Position numbers and translations under genes: made by a program. 64,000 nt of DNA from Minisyncoccota bacterium. GTDB lineage: Bacteria > Patescibacteriota > Minisyncoccia > Phycocordibacterales > UBA9973. This document shows, one piece after another, positions 40,492-51,193 of this stretch; position 1 is the first letter of the stretch; the number at the start of each line of letters is the position of its first letter. The notes below the pieces were generated by a model that saw only the letters and a list, made by a program, of their open reading frames with translations, was not told the origin of the DNA and searched no databases. The DNA is taken from contig JBAYUN010000001.1 of the NCBI GenBank assembly GCA_041675085.1, positions 170,364-234,363 on the forward strand, given 5' to 3'.

Positions 40492-41778
40492 TTATGTAGG
40501 TAGATTTGTAGGTGGAGAAGCTTCTTTACTTTCAACACGTTCCAAAGTAGGAATTTTCAAGATTTGACCAGGGAAATGCCACAGGGTCGCTATCTCTTCT
40601 ACATTTAATACAAAAGTCGGTTGAGGCTTGTATGCCTTAAAAAACATAGGTGAAATAGGCCAAGGTAAATGCTCCGTATCAAAAAGCTCTTGTCTTAATT
40701 GACCATGATAAAAAGACCGTCCTCGGTATTCACCCAGCATCCTATTTGATAGCTCCATGACCTGCTCTTGGTTTAAAACAGTTATCAATCCACCATACGC
40801 ATCAGCTTGAGTGCCATTTACACGAGTAAAGCTATTCAAAGCAGGATTCGCATATTGTCTAAAAACCAATCTTAAATTACGTCTATTATTAGCATCAAAA
40901 TTTTCTTTTTTAGCAACATAGCAAGTACGCAAACCAACATCAAAACCTATCTTCTGCATCTTTGTACTAATACCTTTCACTTCAGCTTCCACAGCAAAAG
41001 GTGGTCTGACTTTTGTGAGAGTTTCTCCTTCTATAACATTCATGCGTGCATATTTTTCAAAAAGTCTTTCTAATTCTTGTTTAGATTCTTCAACCCAGTC
41101 ATGCTTCTTACCATCTGGTCCAGTAAAAGTATTCTTAGAAGGCCTTATTACCATTTGAAACCACATTTGCTCTCCTTTACCCATAGAAGCAAAAAGTTCA
41201 ATCAAAGGAGAAAGTGGATCAATTTTTAAAGTCTCTTCATCTTGTTCATCAAGTCCAAAATCGGCATAAGTTTTAATAGGATAAGCGTCAGGTTTTTCTA
41301 ATTTCCATTCACAACCATATAAATTCCACTGACTATCTGGAGTTATCTCGTCTACACCAAAAGTATAATCATCAACAACTCTAACTTGAGATTGAGGATA
41401 CTGTGCATACATTTGAGTTTCGATCAATCCTTTAATACGGCTCGGTGTACGAATATAAAAACGTACCTGCCCTTCAATAGATACAATTTCCAAAGAATAC
41501 CAAAACCATACTGCTCCTTGCCAGTATTCCTCACGTCCACCTTTCATACTCCAATGATAAAGAGCATTAGTAAAAAATAATTCCATAGCACGAGGACTAC
41601 GTAAAACCTCACGAGGTGGAATAACTTCCAATAATACATAATCAATACCAGAAATAAAACTCTGCTGGATATAATGCATCCACATAGCCCAAGCCATGCG
41701 ACCCAAAAAATATGTCAGGAATAAAATCCAAACAATATCTGGTATCCAATTAAAAATTTTAATCACAGCATCAAACAT
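40492..41778 (-). CDS. CPR conserved membrane protein (type often fused to or partnered with VirD4-like ATPases)
   Basis: SLEIVS..G..RFY, AQYP, YPIKTY, DPLS, LNVEEIATLWHFP, PPTNLP. Confidence 0.65.
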   Translation of the reverse strand: MFDAVIKIFNWIPDIVWILFLTYFLGRMAWAMWMHYIQQSFISGIDYVLLEVIPPREVLRSPRAMELFFTNALYHWSMKGGREEYWQGAVWFWYSLEIVSIEGQVRFYIRTPSRIKGLIETQMYAQYPQSQVRVVDDYTFGVDEITPDSQWNLYGCEWKLEKPDAYPIKTYADFGLDEQDEETLKIDPLSPLIELFASMGKGEQMWFQMVIRPSKNTFTGPDGKKHDWVEESKQELERLFEKYARMNVIEGETLTKVRPPFAVEAEVKGISTKMQKIGFDVGLRTCYVAKKENFDANNRRNLRLVFRQYANPALNSFTRVNGTQADAYGGLITVLNQEQVMELSNRMLGEYRGRSFYHGQLRQELFDTEHLPWPISPMFFKAYKPQPTFVLNVEEIATLWHFPGQILKIPTLERVESKEASPPTNLPT

Positions 41779-41845
41779 AGTATTATTTTATCTTAAATAG
41801 ATAATAAAGTAAAAGAACCTCACTGTTTAGTGAGGTTCTTTTACT

Positions 41846-42880
41846 TTAAACTACGTTATAGAGTCCGTCTTTATTCTTTTTGAAATATTTTGAGTTAGCA
41901 AGATTTACTAAAATTGTATTTTTCTTAAAGTATCTCTCTTTCATAACTTTCTCAACAACATCTTCTTTAGTCATTGGACCTTCTTTTTTGATGATATCTT
42001 TTATCACATCACGAGCGATACCAGTCTTGTATCCCCACTCAGAAAGTGCATAAAGTCCACGTCCCACAAGCACAAATCTACTATCTTTGATAAGCTCATT
42101 GTGAGTCGTTGCGTAATGAGATTTTCTGCCGAAAGTTTTAGAGATAGAATCAGTTACTTCCTTGAAGTGCATTGGAGATCCATGTTTCCTCATAACAAGA
42201 AAAGCATAATCTTTCACTCCTCTAGTGTGTACGTTTTGAGAATTTGATTTACCCCAATCTCCTAGTGGATTCTTGGAAACTGTTTTTGATACAGCGAGCC
42301 ATCTCTTTGCCATTTCATCATTTTTGTAATGATCAGCTACGTCTTTCATTTGGTCGAAAAATCTCTTGATCATTTCTGTTTCAGGGATAAGGTCTTCGTC
42401 TTTTAGTGAAGCATAAAGTTTTTTCAAAGACTCATGAACCTTGTCTGCCATTTCGTCATCCACACTCCAGCGAGTTTTGAAATGATCATCTTCTTTGTGT
42501 TTTTTAAAAACATCTCCTAAAACTAGATAAAAATGAATATGATTTTGAACCGATTTATCTTTAGAGATATGATTCAAGAAATCGTGCTCAGATACTATCG
42601 AACCTAGAGAGTGAATAAGAGTTTTAATTTCTTCAAATAGAGCTTGTTCTGCTTTGAAGGCAGGAGATTTTTTGATTAAATTAATACTATTTTCTTTGAT
42701 TTGTCTAACTCTTTCTCTTGTTATGTTGTATTTTTTACCTATTTCTTCGAGAGTTTTGCGTTCTAGGTCGTTTGGATTTAATCCGAAACGGTTCATAATA
42801 ACATCACTTGCACGTTCTGGTAAGTGAGAGATTATTCTTTTTGTAACTTGTTTTGGCTTAAATGATATTGTGGATGACAT
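41846..42880 (-). CDS. Sigma70 region-4 HTH + HARE-HTH (RNAP delta-like) protein
   Basis: RFGL...TLEEIGKKYNITRERVRQI; PMHF, HNELI, FVLVGRGLYAL.EWG. Confidence 0.8.
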   Translation of the reverse strand: MSSTISFKPKQVTKRIISHLPERASDVIMNRFGLNPNDLERKTLEEIGKKYNITRERVRQIKENSINLIKKSPAFKAEQALFEEIKTLIHSLGSIVSEHDFLNHISKDKSVQNHIHFYLVLGDVFKKHKEDDHFKTRWSVDDEMADKVHESLKKLYASLKDEDLIPETEMIKRFFDQMKDVADHYKNDEMAKRWLAVSKTVSKNPLGDWGKSNSQNVHTRGVKDYAFLVMRKHGSPMHFKEVTDSISKTFGRKSHYATTHNELIKDSRFVLVGRGLYALSEWGYKTGIARDVIKDIIKKEGPMTKEDVVEKVMKERYFKKNTILVNLANSKYFKKNKDGLYNVV

Positions 42881-42960
42881 AATTTTATTTGTTAATTATT
42901 TCTTAATATTAGTATACATTAGATTTAAATTCTGTCAAACTAACTGGTATGTTTTTAAAT

Positions 42961-44772
42961 CTATTTATTTCTATTAGCTTTGATTCTATCCATTTCAGTC
43001 AAAAACTTCTTGCGGAGTCTTACAGACTTTGGAGTAATTTCTAGATATTCATCATTACTCATAACTTCAAGTCCTCTTTCGATACTTAATGTGAAAGCTG
43101 GTTTCAAAACGATCATATCATCAGTACCTGAAGCACGCATGTTTGTAAGTTGTTTACCTTTTACTGGGTTGACTGCCATGTCTTCACCCTTTAAAACGTT
43201 ACCTATAACCATACCTTCATATACCTCTGTACCGTGATCTATATATAATATACCACGTTCTTGTAAATTTGCAAGTGCAAAAGCCACAGCCTTACCAGCA
43301 ATCATAGAAGACATAGATCCATACTCTCTTTTCTTGATTTCTCCAGCATAGTCTTTAAAGCCAATAACACGAGAAGACATGATTCCCTCTCCTTTTGTAT
43401 CTATAATAAATTCTCCTCTATATCCCAATAGTCCACGAGTTGGTATTTCAAAAACAATACGAGCTACGCCATCTTTGTCTTGCATGTCTTTCATAATACC
43501 TTTTCTTTTTCCAATCTTTTCGATAACACCTCCAGAAGACTCTGTCGGTACGTCTATTACCAATTCTTCGTAAGGTTCAGATTTGTGACCAGTTTCATCT
43601 GTCTTGACGATAACCTCTGGTTGAGATACTTGCATTTCAAATCCTTCACGGCGCATGTTTTCGAGTAAAACTGCTACATGCAATTCTCCACGTCCATAAA
43701 CTTTAAAGAAACTCGGACCTGATTTTACTTCACCTTGATCCGGAGAAAAATCTACACGCAATCCTACGTTGATTTCCAATTCTTTTTCCAATCTTTCTTT
43801 GATTTGTCTTGAAGTTACGAATTTACCTTCTTTACCTGCAAAAGGAGAATCGTTCACCAAAAAGTTAAGTGACAAAGTCGGCTCGTCGATAGCTATGTGA
43901 GGAAGCGCTTCTACACTCTCATCAGCACACAAAGTCTCTCCGATATAAATATCAGGAATACCAGCTAGCAATACAATGTCTCCAGATTCTGCCATGCTTA
44001 CGTCTTTACGAGCAATACCTTCGAAAGTAAATAATTTAGTGATTTTACCTACACGTGTACCATTTTCTCCTTTGACAAATATTTGCCCAGCAGAAGAAAG
44101 TTTACCTTTATAGATACGAGCTACAGCCATTCTACCCAAGAAGTTATCATATCCAAGGTTGAAAACTTGTGCTTGCATTTTTTCATCTCCATCTACAGAA
44201 GCTACTGGAACTGTCTCTAAGATCAATTCCAAAAGCGGTGAAAGGTCGGTTGACTCATCACCAATATTTTTAAATGCTTTACCGTCACGTCCGATAGCAT
44301 AGATAGTTTTGAAATCTGCTTGGTCTTCATTAGCACCGAGTTCAAAGAAAAGTTCTAAAACTTCGTCATGAACGCGAGCGATATCAGCTGCTGGTTTATC
44401 TATTTTATTAATAACAACGATAGGCTTTAATCCAAGCTCTAGAGATTTCTTTAATACGAAACGAGTTTGAGGCATAGGGCCTTCTACAGCATCCACCAAG
44501 AGCAATACAGAATCGATAGCACGCAACACACGTTCTACTTCAGAACCGAAGTCGGCGTGACCTGGAGTATCTACGATATTTATCTTTGTACCTTTATAAG
44601 TGATAGAAGTATTTTTTGAATAAATAGTAATACCACGCTCTTTTTCTATTGCATTCGAGTCCATAGAAAGACCTTCGTCTTGAAGTCCTCCGTTTTGCTT
44701 CATTAAAGCATCTGTTAAAGTTGTCTTACCATGGTCCACGTGAGCGATAATCGCAATATTCCTAATATCCAT
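42961..44772 (-). CDS. typA: Translational GTPase TypA/BipA
   Basis: AHVDHGKTT, ERGITI, DTPGHADF, GRGELH, LTNMRASG. Confidence 0.97.
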   Translation of the reverse strand: MDIRNIAIIAHVDHGKTTLTDALMKQNGGLQDEGLSMDSNAIEKERGITIYSKNTSITYKGTKINIVDTPGHADFGSEVERVLRAIDSVLLLVDAVEGPMPQTRFVLKKSLELGLKPIVVINKIDKPAADIARVHDEVLELFFELGANEDQADFKTIYAIGRDGKAFKNIGDESTDLSPLLELILETVPVASVDGDEKMQAQVFNLGYDNFLGRMAVARIYKGKLSSAGQIFVKGENGTRVGKITKLFTFEGIARKDVSMAESGDIVLLAGIPDIYIGETLCADESVEALPHIAIDEPTLSLNFLVNDSPFAGKEGKFVTSRQIKERLEKELEINVGLRVDFSPDQGEVKSGPSFFKVYGRGELHVAVLLENMRREGFEMQVSQPEVIVKTDETGHKSEPYEELVIDVPTESSGGVIEKIGKRKGIMKDMQDKDGVARIVFEIPTRGLLGYRGEFIIDTKGEGIMSSRVIGFKDYAGEIKKREYGSMSSMIAGKAVAFALANLQERGILYIDHGTEVYEGMVIGNVLKGEDMAVNPVKGKQLTNMRASGTDDMIVLKPAFTLSIERGLEVMSNDEYLEITPKSVRLRKKFLTEMDRIKANRNK

Positions 44773-44921
44773 AAAATAATATTTCTAAGTTAATTATAAG
44801 TTAATAATTTAATAAGTTTGTATTAAATAAAAAAAGCCCAAAGGCTTAAAATTCAACATATTTATAATAGCACACTTTTTGAAAATAACAAACCATGTCA
44901 GTCGCGACTAACGTGGTAAAT

Positions 44922-44956
44922 AAATAGCCTGGTAAGCAAAGCTTACCAGGCTATTT
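44922..44956. terminator. Intrinsic terminator of the 44981-45649 gene
   Basis: AAATAGCCTGGTAAGC-AAA-GCTTACCAGGCTATTT perfect inverted repeat. Confidence 0.8.
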
Positions 44957-44980
44957 GAAGGATTAATTTTAATCTTCGTT

Positions 44981-45649
44981 TTAAATTTCAAACAACAATC
45001 TTACATCAATAGGATCCTGGATTGAAATTTTTTTCACAATAAGTGAAGCAAGATTATTTTGAGAATTTAATATATTCCAATAATAATCAAAAACTTCTTC
45101 TATACTTTTTTGTAAAGGAACCAAGTATGGTTCACCTTTAAACGCAGGCAAAGGATTACCACTACCACTGTAAGTATTAAGGCAATAACCATATCCATCT
45201 ATGTCTTTTAAATTCCAAAAAGCAAACAATGGTTTTTTACCATGATCACTTTTTCTAATTATAGCTAGTTGATTTTTTAAAGTGCTATTTTCAGAAATAA
45301 TAGTGAGCCCAGCAATTCTGGGCGTATAATTTGGAGCATCTGGTTTATAAGACCATTCGTTTTTAAAATCAATAATTAGATTTTTCCCAAGTAAAGTTTT
45401 TGTATGAGTCCCGTTGCTAACAGCAAAGATATTCTCTATTGAAGGCATTGCATATGTTTCTTGTCGCATAGCCTCATAGACTACCTCATCTGCATTCGTC
45501 TTCATCATCCAAAAAATTTGAACAACAAATTTATTTATAACTCCAATTATTATACCATCTCCTGGATAAGGATTCTGACCTAGTTTGATTGCATTTGTCG
45601 CGGCTGTTTCCGCAGCTTGTAATTTTTGAAAATTTATATCATTTGTCAT
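44981..45649 (-). CDS. Divergent IMP cyclohydrolase (PurO)-like protein
   Basis: NPYPG.GIIIG, VSNG.HT, Y.PDAPNYTPRIAG, TY.G.GNPLP.F.GEP. Confidence 0.75.
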   Translation of the reverse strand: MTNDINFQKLQAAETAATNAIKLGQNPYPGDGIIIGVINKFVVQIFWMMKTNADEVVYEAMRQETYAMPSIENIFAVSNGTHTKTLLGKNLIIDFKNEWSYKPDAPNYTPRIAGLTIISENSTLKNQLAIIRKSDHGKKPLFAFWNLKDIDGYGYCLNTYSGSGNPLPAFKGEPYLVPLQKSIEEVFDYYWNILNSQNNLASLIVKKISIQDPIDVRLLFEI

Positions 45650-45796
45650 GATGAAAAATTTAGTATGTTAAAGAAATATATTCAGATATACAGTACCACA
45701 TTTTACCAAAAAAAGCAAAGCTTCACAAACTTAAATACTAAAGTAACTGAAAAGATGCAAAAAAAATAAAAATATGTTATTTTATATATTGTAAAT

Positions 45797-45858
45797 GCGT
45801 CGGTGGTAGAGCTTGCCCCGTCAGTCGCGACTGACAGGGTGAATCAATTACAACAGAC
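45797..45858 (+). pseudogene. Duplicated 5' part of tRNA-Tyr interrupted by a palindromic element
   Basis: GCGTCGGTGGTAGAG[32-nt insert]TCAATTACAACAGAC versus intact tRNA at 45880. Confidence 0.85.
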
Positions 45859-45879
45859 ATGTTTAGTCAAATTTAATAC

Positions 45880-45962
45880 GCGTCGGTGGTAGAGTGGTCA
45901 ATTACAACAGACTGTAAATCTGTCGCCTTCGGGCTACGAAGGTTCGAATCCTTCCCGGCGCA
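45880..45962 (+). tRNA. tRNA-Tyr(GTA)
   Basis: ACAGA-CT-GTA-AA-TCTGT arm, variable arm GCCTTCGGGC, GGTTCGAATCC. Confidence 0.96.
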
Positions 45963-45987
45963 CAACAAAATCCCGAAAGGGATTTTT

Positions 45988-46122
45988 TGCGTCGGAGCGA
46001 GCCAACTGCTTGGCTCGTGAGAAGGATTCGAAAAGCTTTTCTGTATTTTTAAAAATCTTTGATTTTAAAAAATTAGAAAAGGTATACTGCTCCTGTAAGG
46101 AGAGAAATTCCTTCCCTGTATA
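45988..46122. repeat. tRNA-linked multi-hairpin element bounded by inverted and direct copies of the tRNA-Tyr 3' end
   Basis: TGCGTCGG...GAGAAGGATTCGAA is near-complementary to TTCGAATCCTTCCCGGCGCA; ends in degenerate AATTCCTTCCCTGTATA. Confidence 0.7.
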
Positions 46123-46173
46123 ATTACTTTTTTTCAACTTGCTGTTTAAATATAAAATAATATAATAAATCAT

Positions 46174-46947
46174 ATGAAAAACTATTATGAGATATTGGGT
46201 GTATCTAAAGACGCCTCGCAAGAAGATATTAAAAAAGCTTACTATGCATTAGCGCATAAATTCCACCCTGACAAAAATAATAGTGATAGCAGAATATTTA
46301 AAAATATAAACGAAGCATACGAGACCCTCTCTAACAAAGAAACAAAAGAAAAATATGATACAACGGTAAATCAGTCAAATAATGACGAAGAGATAATCCA
46401 CACGAACAACTTTGCATCGCTAAAGATTATAGTACTAATAATATTAATATTATTTTTTATTGGGAATTGGTTTAGTAGTCAAAATGATGAAACAAAAAAA
46501 GAAGAAAACAAAGATGCAATTAATTCAGAAACCCTGACAGTTAATGATTTTAAATTTATTAATTTAGGCAAAGATTCAATTACTCAAGATGGTTTAAAAT
46601 TTTCATCAGAAATTGTTGAAAATTTTGGAAATACTATTAACGATAATTTTTGGGGATATGAATATTTAAACAAAAAAACAGAAGGAAATTTTGTTAAATA
46701 TCAATTGAAAATTGAAAATACAGGTTCTTATGAATCAAATATTTTATTAAACATAAATAGTGTAAATGATGAGAAAAATAGAGTATTCAAAACTGAAACA
46801 ATAACAACAACTTGTGGAGAAAAATCAAGCATAAACAATTTGATAGTTAATTTAAAACCAGCAATACCATGTACTATTAACATACTTTTTGAGACATCAA
46901 AAGAATCTGAAGGATTTTTTCTAAATCTTTCATATAGAAAAAATTAA
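46174..46947 (+). CDS. J-domain membrane protein (J-domain, TM, extracytoplasmic domain)
   Basis: NYYEILGV...HPD...INEAYETLS, then hydrophobic helix; very AT-rich. Confidence 0.85.
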   Translation: MKNYYEILGVSKDASQEDIKKAYYALAHKFHPDKNNSDSRIFKNINEAYETLSNKETKEKYDTTVNQSNNDEEIIHTNNFASLKIIVLIILILFFIGNWFSSQNDETKKEENKDAINSETLTVNDFKFINLGKDSITQDGLKFSSEIVENFGNTINDNFWGYEYLNKKTEGNFVKYQLKIENTGSYESNILLNINSVNDEKNRVFKTETITTTCGEKSSINNLIVNLKPAIPCTINILFETSKESEGFFLNLSYRKN

Positions 46948-46989
46948 TAATTAAAAAATCCCTTATTATTTAATAAGGGATTTTTTAAT

Positions 46990-49680
46990 TTAAACTTTTA
47001 TTTTACTTTTGATCTTAAGATTACTTTTAACCTTACCCTTTTTGATAGTTATGACTAGTTCATTGTTTTTCTCAGTGACTAATATAGTATCTCCTTTTTT
47101 TGCTCCATTTGAAATAATAAAACTAGCGACAGGATTCAAGATTTTAGTTTGAATAAGTCTGTTGAGTGGTCTCGCTCCATAATGCGGATCATACCCTTCT
47201 TTGGCCAAGTAGCTTAAAGCTTCTTCGGTAATATCAAGATTAATACCTTTAACATGAAGTCTTTCTCTCACAACACCAACGCGGATATTGACGATATCTT
47301 TTATAGCTTCTGGAGAGAGTATATCAAACAATACAATCTCATCAATACGATTCAAGAATTCTGGGCGAAAATGGTCTTTGAGAGACCCCATAACTTTTTC
47401 TTTTACTTCTTCATAATTTTGTTTTTCAGAATTATTTGAAAATCCAATAGATTCCATTTTCTCAATAAATTGAGAACCAATATTAGAAGTCATGATGATA
47501 ATAGTATTTTTAAAATTCACTACTCTACCCTTACCATCAGTCATGCGACCTTCGTCTAGCACAGATAACAACATATTGAAAACTTCAGGATGAGCCTTTT
47601 CTATTTCATCAAACAAGACTATCGCATACGGACGATGGCGGACCGCTTCGGTGAGTTGCCCTGCTTCATCGTGACCTACGTATCCTGGAGGTGAACCAAT
47701 AAGCTTAGAGACACTATGACGTTCCATGTATTCCGACATATCAACGCGTATGATAGCCTTCTCATCATTGAACATAAATTCACCAAGGGCTTTAGTGAGT
47801 TCAGTCTTACCTACTCCAGTCGGACCTAAGAAAATAAATGAACCAATAGGTTTATTTGGGTCACTTATACCAGCACGAGAACGACGTATCACATCAGAAA
47901 CACGCACCAAAGCATTATCTTGACCCATAACTCTAGAGCGGAGTTGGTCCTCCATTTTTTCCAATTTATCTCTCTCTTCTTCTAACATTTTAGAAACAGG
48001 AATACCTGTCCAGCGGGCGACAACTTCGGCTATATCCTCTTCGGTTATTTCTTCTTTCAAGATTCGGCGAGTCTTTTGCAATTTCTTTAGACGGATTAGT
48101 TTATTGTCCAATTCTTTTTTCAGAGTTGGTATCTTGCCGTAGCGAATCTCCGCCGCTAGAGATAGGTCTGAACTCATCTCAGCATTTTCCGCATCAACAC
48201 GAAGAGATTCTAAATCTTTTTTAATTGAGCGAATCTCTACTACTATGTTTCTTTCATTTTGCCACTTGAGTTCTAACTCTTTAGTTTTCTCGTAGAGATT
48301 ACCTATTTCAAGATCGATAACTTTAATTCTATTTTTTATTTCTTTGATTTTTTCTTTATCTATCTCAGATAGAGTGACTTCTTTTTTTAGAGCTTCTTTT
48401 TCTATTTCAAAACGCATGATTTTACGATGCGCATCTTCTAAAATTGGAGGTTTATTTTCCAAAGAAATTTTCAAAGAAGAAGAAGCCTCGTCGATAAGAT
48501 CGACAGCTTTGTCTGGTAGAAATCTATTGGTAATATATCGAGAAGATAAATTTACAGCCGAGATAATAGAGTCATCAGTAATACGAACACCATGGAAAAG
48601 CTCATACTTTTCTTTCAAACCTCGTAGTATAGCAATAGCGTCTTCAATACTAGGCTCATCAATATATACAGGTTGAAAACGTCTCGCTAGAGCTGGATCC
48701 TTTTCTATATGTTTTTGATATTCTTTCAAAGTTGTAGCACCTATCGCACGCAATTCTCCACGAGCGAGCGCCGGTTTCAACATATTAGAAGCGTCTAGAG
48801 TTCCTTCAGAACCACCAGCGCCTACGATAGTATGAATCTCATCAATAAAGAGGATTATTTTCCCGTCAGCTTTCTCTATCTCTTTCATGATCCCCTTTAA
48901 TCTCTCTTCAAATTCTCCTCTGTATTTTGTACCTGCGATAAGAGAACCTAGATCTAGAGATACTAATTCTTTATCTTTTAATGACTCAGGAACGTTGCCT
49001 TTTACGATACGCACAGCCAATCCTTCTACCACAGCAGTCTTACCAGTCCCCGCTTCACCTATCAATATCGGATTGTTTTTAGTACGACGAGACAAGATCT
49101 GCATAATACGCATAATCTCATTATCACGACCTATCACAGGATCGAGTTTGTCTTCACGAGCAAGCTTGGTCAGGTTGCGAGTGTATTTTAAAATCATTTT
49201 AAAAGGCTTGCCTGGTGAGACATCAGTAATATTTTGAGTACGTAATTCGTTTACAACTTTTATCACATCATCTTTGATGATTCTAAATTTTGATAAAGTC
49301 TCCCTAGCCTCTCCCGCAACATCAAGCATAGCTAAAAATAAATGCTCCGTCGAAACGAAATCATCTTTCATGAATTCTGCAACTTTTACAGAATATTCTA
49401 TAACTTGCGCCAAATCAGGATTCAAATAAATCTGATAAGCTGGCGATAAAGTTTGTTGCCCTTCAGGATTTTCAATAGCATCTAACACAGAATCAGATAA
49501 CAGTATTGTATCTACTTCTAATTTATCGAGTATAGAATTCACCATACTTTCTTCTTGTAAAATCAAAGCAGTTAAAAGATGCAAAGACGATACATGATTT
49601 TGACCGCGTTCGATAGCGAGCTCATGAGCCTTCTTGATTGCATCTTTTGCTTTGGTTGTAAATTTATTTAATGGTGGCAT
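46990..49680 (-). CDS. clpB: Chaperone ClpB
   Basis: Two AAA modules ([16 protein letters not shown]), long coiled-coil M domain, GYVG. Confidence 0.93.
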   Translation of the reverse strand: MPPLNKFTTKAKDAIKKAHELAIERGQNHVSSLHLLTALILQEESMVNSILDKLEVDTILLSDSVLDAIENPEGQQTLSPAYQIYLNPDLAQVIEYSVKVAEFMKDDFVSTEHLFLAMLDVAGEARETLSKFRIIKDDVIKVVNELRTQNITDVSPGKPFKMILKYTRNLTKLAREDKLDPVIGRDNEIMRIMQILSRRTKNNPILIGEAGTGKTAVVEGLAVRIVKGNVPESLKDKELVSLDLGSLIAGTKYRGEFEERLKGIMKEIEKADGKIILFIDEIHTIVGAGGSEGTLDASNMLKPALARGELRAIGATTLKEYQKHIEKDPALARRFQPVYIDEPSIEDAIAILRGLKEKYELFHGVRITDDSIISAVNLSSRYITNRFLPDKAVDLIDEASSSLKISLENKPPILEDAHRKIMRFEIEKEALKKEVTLSEIDKEKIKEIKNRIKVIDLEIGNLYEKTKELELKWQNERNIVVEIRSIKKDLESLRVDAENAEMSSDLSLAAEIRYGKIPTLKKELDNKLIRLKKLQKTRRILKEEITEEDIAEVVARWTGIPVSKMLEEERDKLEKMEDQLRSRVMGQDNALVRVSDVIRRSRAGISDPNKPIGSFIFLGPTGVGKTELTKALGEFMFNDEKAIIRVDMSEYMERHSVSKLIGSPPGYVGHDEAGQLTEAVRHRPYAIVLFDEIEKAHPEVFNMLLSVLDEGRMTDGKGRVVNFKNTIIIMTSNIGSQFIEKMESIGFSNNSEKQNYEEVKEKVMGSLKDHFRPEFLNRIDEIVLFDILSPEAIKDIVNIRVGVVRERLHVKGINLDITEEALSYLAKEGYDPHYGARPLNRLIQTKILNPVASFIISNGAKKGDTILVTEKNNELVITIKKGKVKSNLKIKSKIKV

Positions 49681-49705
49681 ATGAGTTTAAAGTTAAATTA
49701 TAAAT

Positions 49706-50071
49706 TTATGATGTTGGATTTTCTGGCACTGTAGGGTCTTCTGTTGGTGTTTCTTCGCTCGGTACCTCTACTGGAGGTGGTGGCACTACGACTGGCGTTT
49801 CTTTTACTTCGTTTAGTTTATCTATTAATGGTTTTAAAGCTTTTAAATCGGCAAGTAATTTCTGTTCGTCTTCATTTAGATTACCTGTAGTTTCTACTTC
49901 GACGATTCTCTCTACGGTTTTTTGAACAACTTGAGTTATCGGGTTTTTAATACGGTCTGGAGTTTCGGCTAAAAGAGAATATGTAGTAATACTAGTCGCA
50001 ATAGACACAATAAAACATACCAATATTATAAGTAATATAAATTGCCCTTTGTTTAAATCTTTTATATCCAT
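49706..50071 (-). CDS. Small membrane protein
   Basis: DLNKGQFILL...VSIATSI.T..L, TVERIV. Confidence 0.7.
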   Translation of the reverse strand: MDIKDLNKGQFILLIILVCFIVSIATSITTYSLLAETPDRIKNPITQVVQKTVERIVEVETTGNLNEDEQKLLADLKALKPLIDKLNEVKETPVVVPPPPVEVPSEETPTEDPTVPENPTS

Positions 50072-50175
50072 ACATCATTTATAGCACAAAACGAGATAAA
50101 AATTAAGTAAATTTTTCAAACCACAACTTAATAAAAAATCTCTAAATATTTATTTTAGAGATTTTTTTTCAAATT

Positions 50176-50571
50176 TTAATTTTTATCTTTTTCTTGCCTG
50201 CCAGTGTCTTTATCGAATTTCATCGTTTCCTCTTCTGAATGAATACCAGTCATATCTCTCAATAAAGTTAATTGTTGTAAAATAGCTTGATAAGATAAAT
50301 CCAAAGATTCATTAGACTTACTTTGAAGATTATCATAAGTCCCTCGATATTCAACAGTTTGATCTAAAGCTGGCAAGTGATTCGAATCAACTACCCCTTC
50401 ATCTGCAATATTTTTATATCCATGAGGTACTTTTTGCAATTTTTCAATTTGGTCAATCATACTACTCAAATTAGCTATTTTAGATCTCATTGTTTCAATA
50501 CCAATCTCAAGACCTCCTTCTTTTACGCTAATTCTTTCTTCTTTCTTAATTTGCATATTTTCCATATTCAT
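50176..50571 (-). CDS. Hypothetical protein
   Basis: 131-aa ORF; terminator-like inverted repeat 50133-50167. Confidence 0.65.
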   Translation of the reverse strand: MNMENMQIKKEERISVKEGGLEIGIETMRSKIANLSSMIDQIEKLQKVPHGYKNIADEGVVDSNHLPALDQTVEYRGTYDNLQSKSNESLDLSYQAILQQLTLLRDMTGIHSEEETMKFDKDTGRQEKDKN

Positions 50572-50680
50572 AAAATGATTATACTACTTTAAAGAAATTT
50601 TTGTCTAGTATTGACATTTTATTAAAGATATAGTAATGTACTAAAAAGGTAACGTTACTTCCTTATAATTTGTAACTATG

Positions 50681-50728
50681 GGGTGAATTGAACAACATCC
50701 TGAACGCTAAATTGAAACAAATATTCTC
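50681..50728 (+). repeat. 48-bp leader repeat, copy 1
   Basis: 46/48 identical to 51194-51241. Confidence 0.9.
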
Positions 50729-50763
50729 GGCAATCCTCCGTGTTTGGATAAAATTCTTTGAAA

Positions 50764-51174
50764 ATGAAAAATTGGTTCAAATCCAGTAAGACGGTAAAAA
50801 ATCCCGCTCAAGCTGGTGACACGGCACTTGCCTTCTATTATGAAGAAATTGCCAAAAAATTAGGTAACAACAAACAAGGGGCGCCTCATTTTGAGTATGA
50901 GATCCATACGCAAGAACGGGCACCGCTTGATAGTTCTACCGCACAGTTTGCAGTAACGTTATGGGGAGTATCACAAGGATTCAAAATTATAGAATCCAAA
51001 AACGAACCCTCTCTGAAGAAAGCACTACAAAAAGTCGGATTCTCTCATGATGAAATAGTACTCTATTCGCACTGTATCGTAGAATCAGGCACGTTCGCTA
51101 GTGGATATCAGAAAAACGATGTGTATCGTCTGCATTATCAGGATTACAGCGAAATCGTGACAGGTTACTTCTAA
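50764..51174 (+). CDS. Orphan hypothetical protein
   Basis: ORF downstream of TTGACA-17-TAATGT promoter (50611-50639); ATG 50764. Confidence 0.7.
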   Translation: MKNWFKSSKTVKNPAQAGDTALAFYYEEIAKKLGNNKQGAPHFEYEIHTQERAPLDSSTAQFAVTLWGVSQGFKIIESKNEPSLKKALQKVGFSHDEIVLYSHCIVESGTFASGYQKNDVYRLHYQDYSEIVTGYF

Positions 51175-51193
51175 ACCTTTAATTATGAAGTAT

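Noticed and set aside
43711-43746. Possible palindromic insert in typA (SPDQGEVKSGPS); shares TAAAATCAGGTCC with 5535-5547
   Set aside because: Pairing is weak and a 13-nt match may be chance; needs an ortholog alignment.
45934-46221. 95-aa minus-strand ORF
   Set aside because: It overlaps tRNA-Tyr antisense and the hairpin element; spurious.
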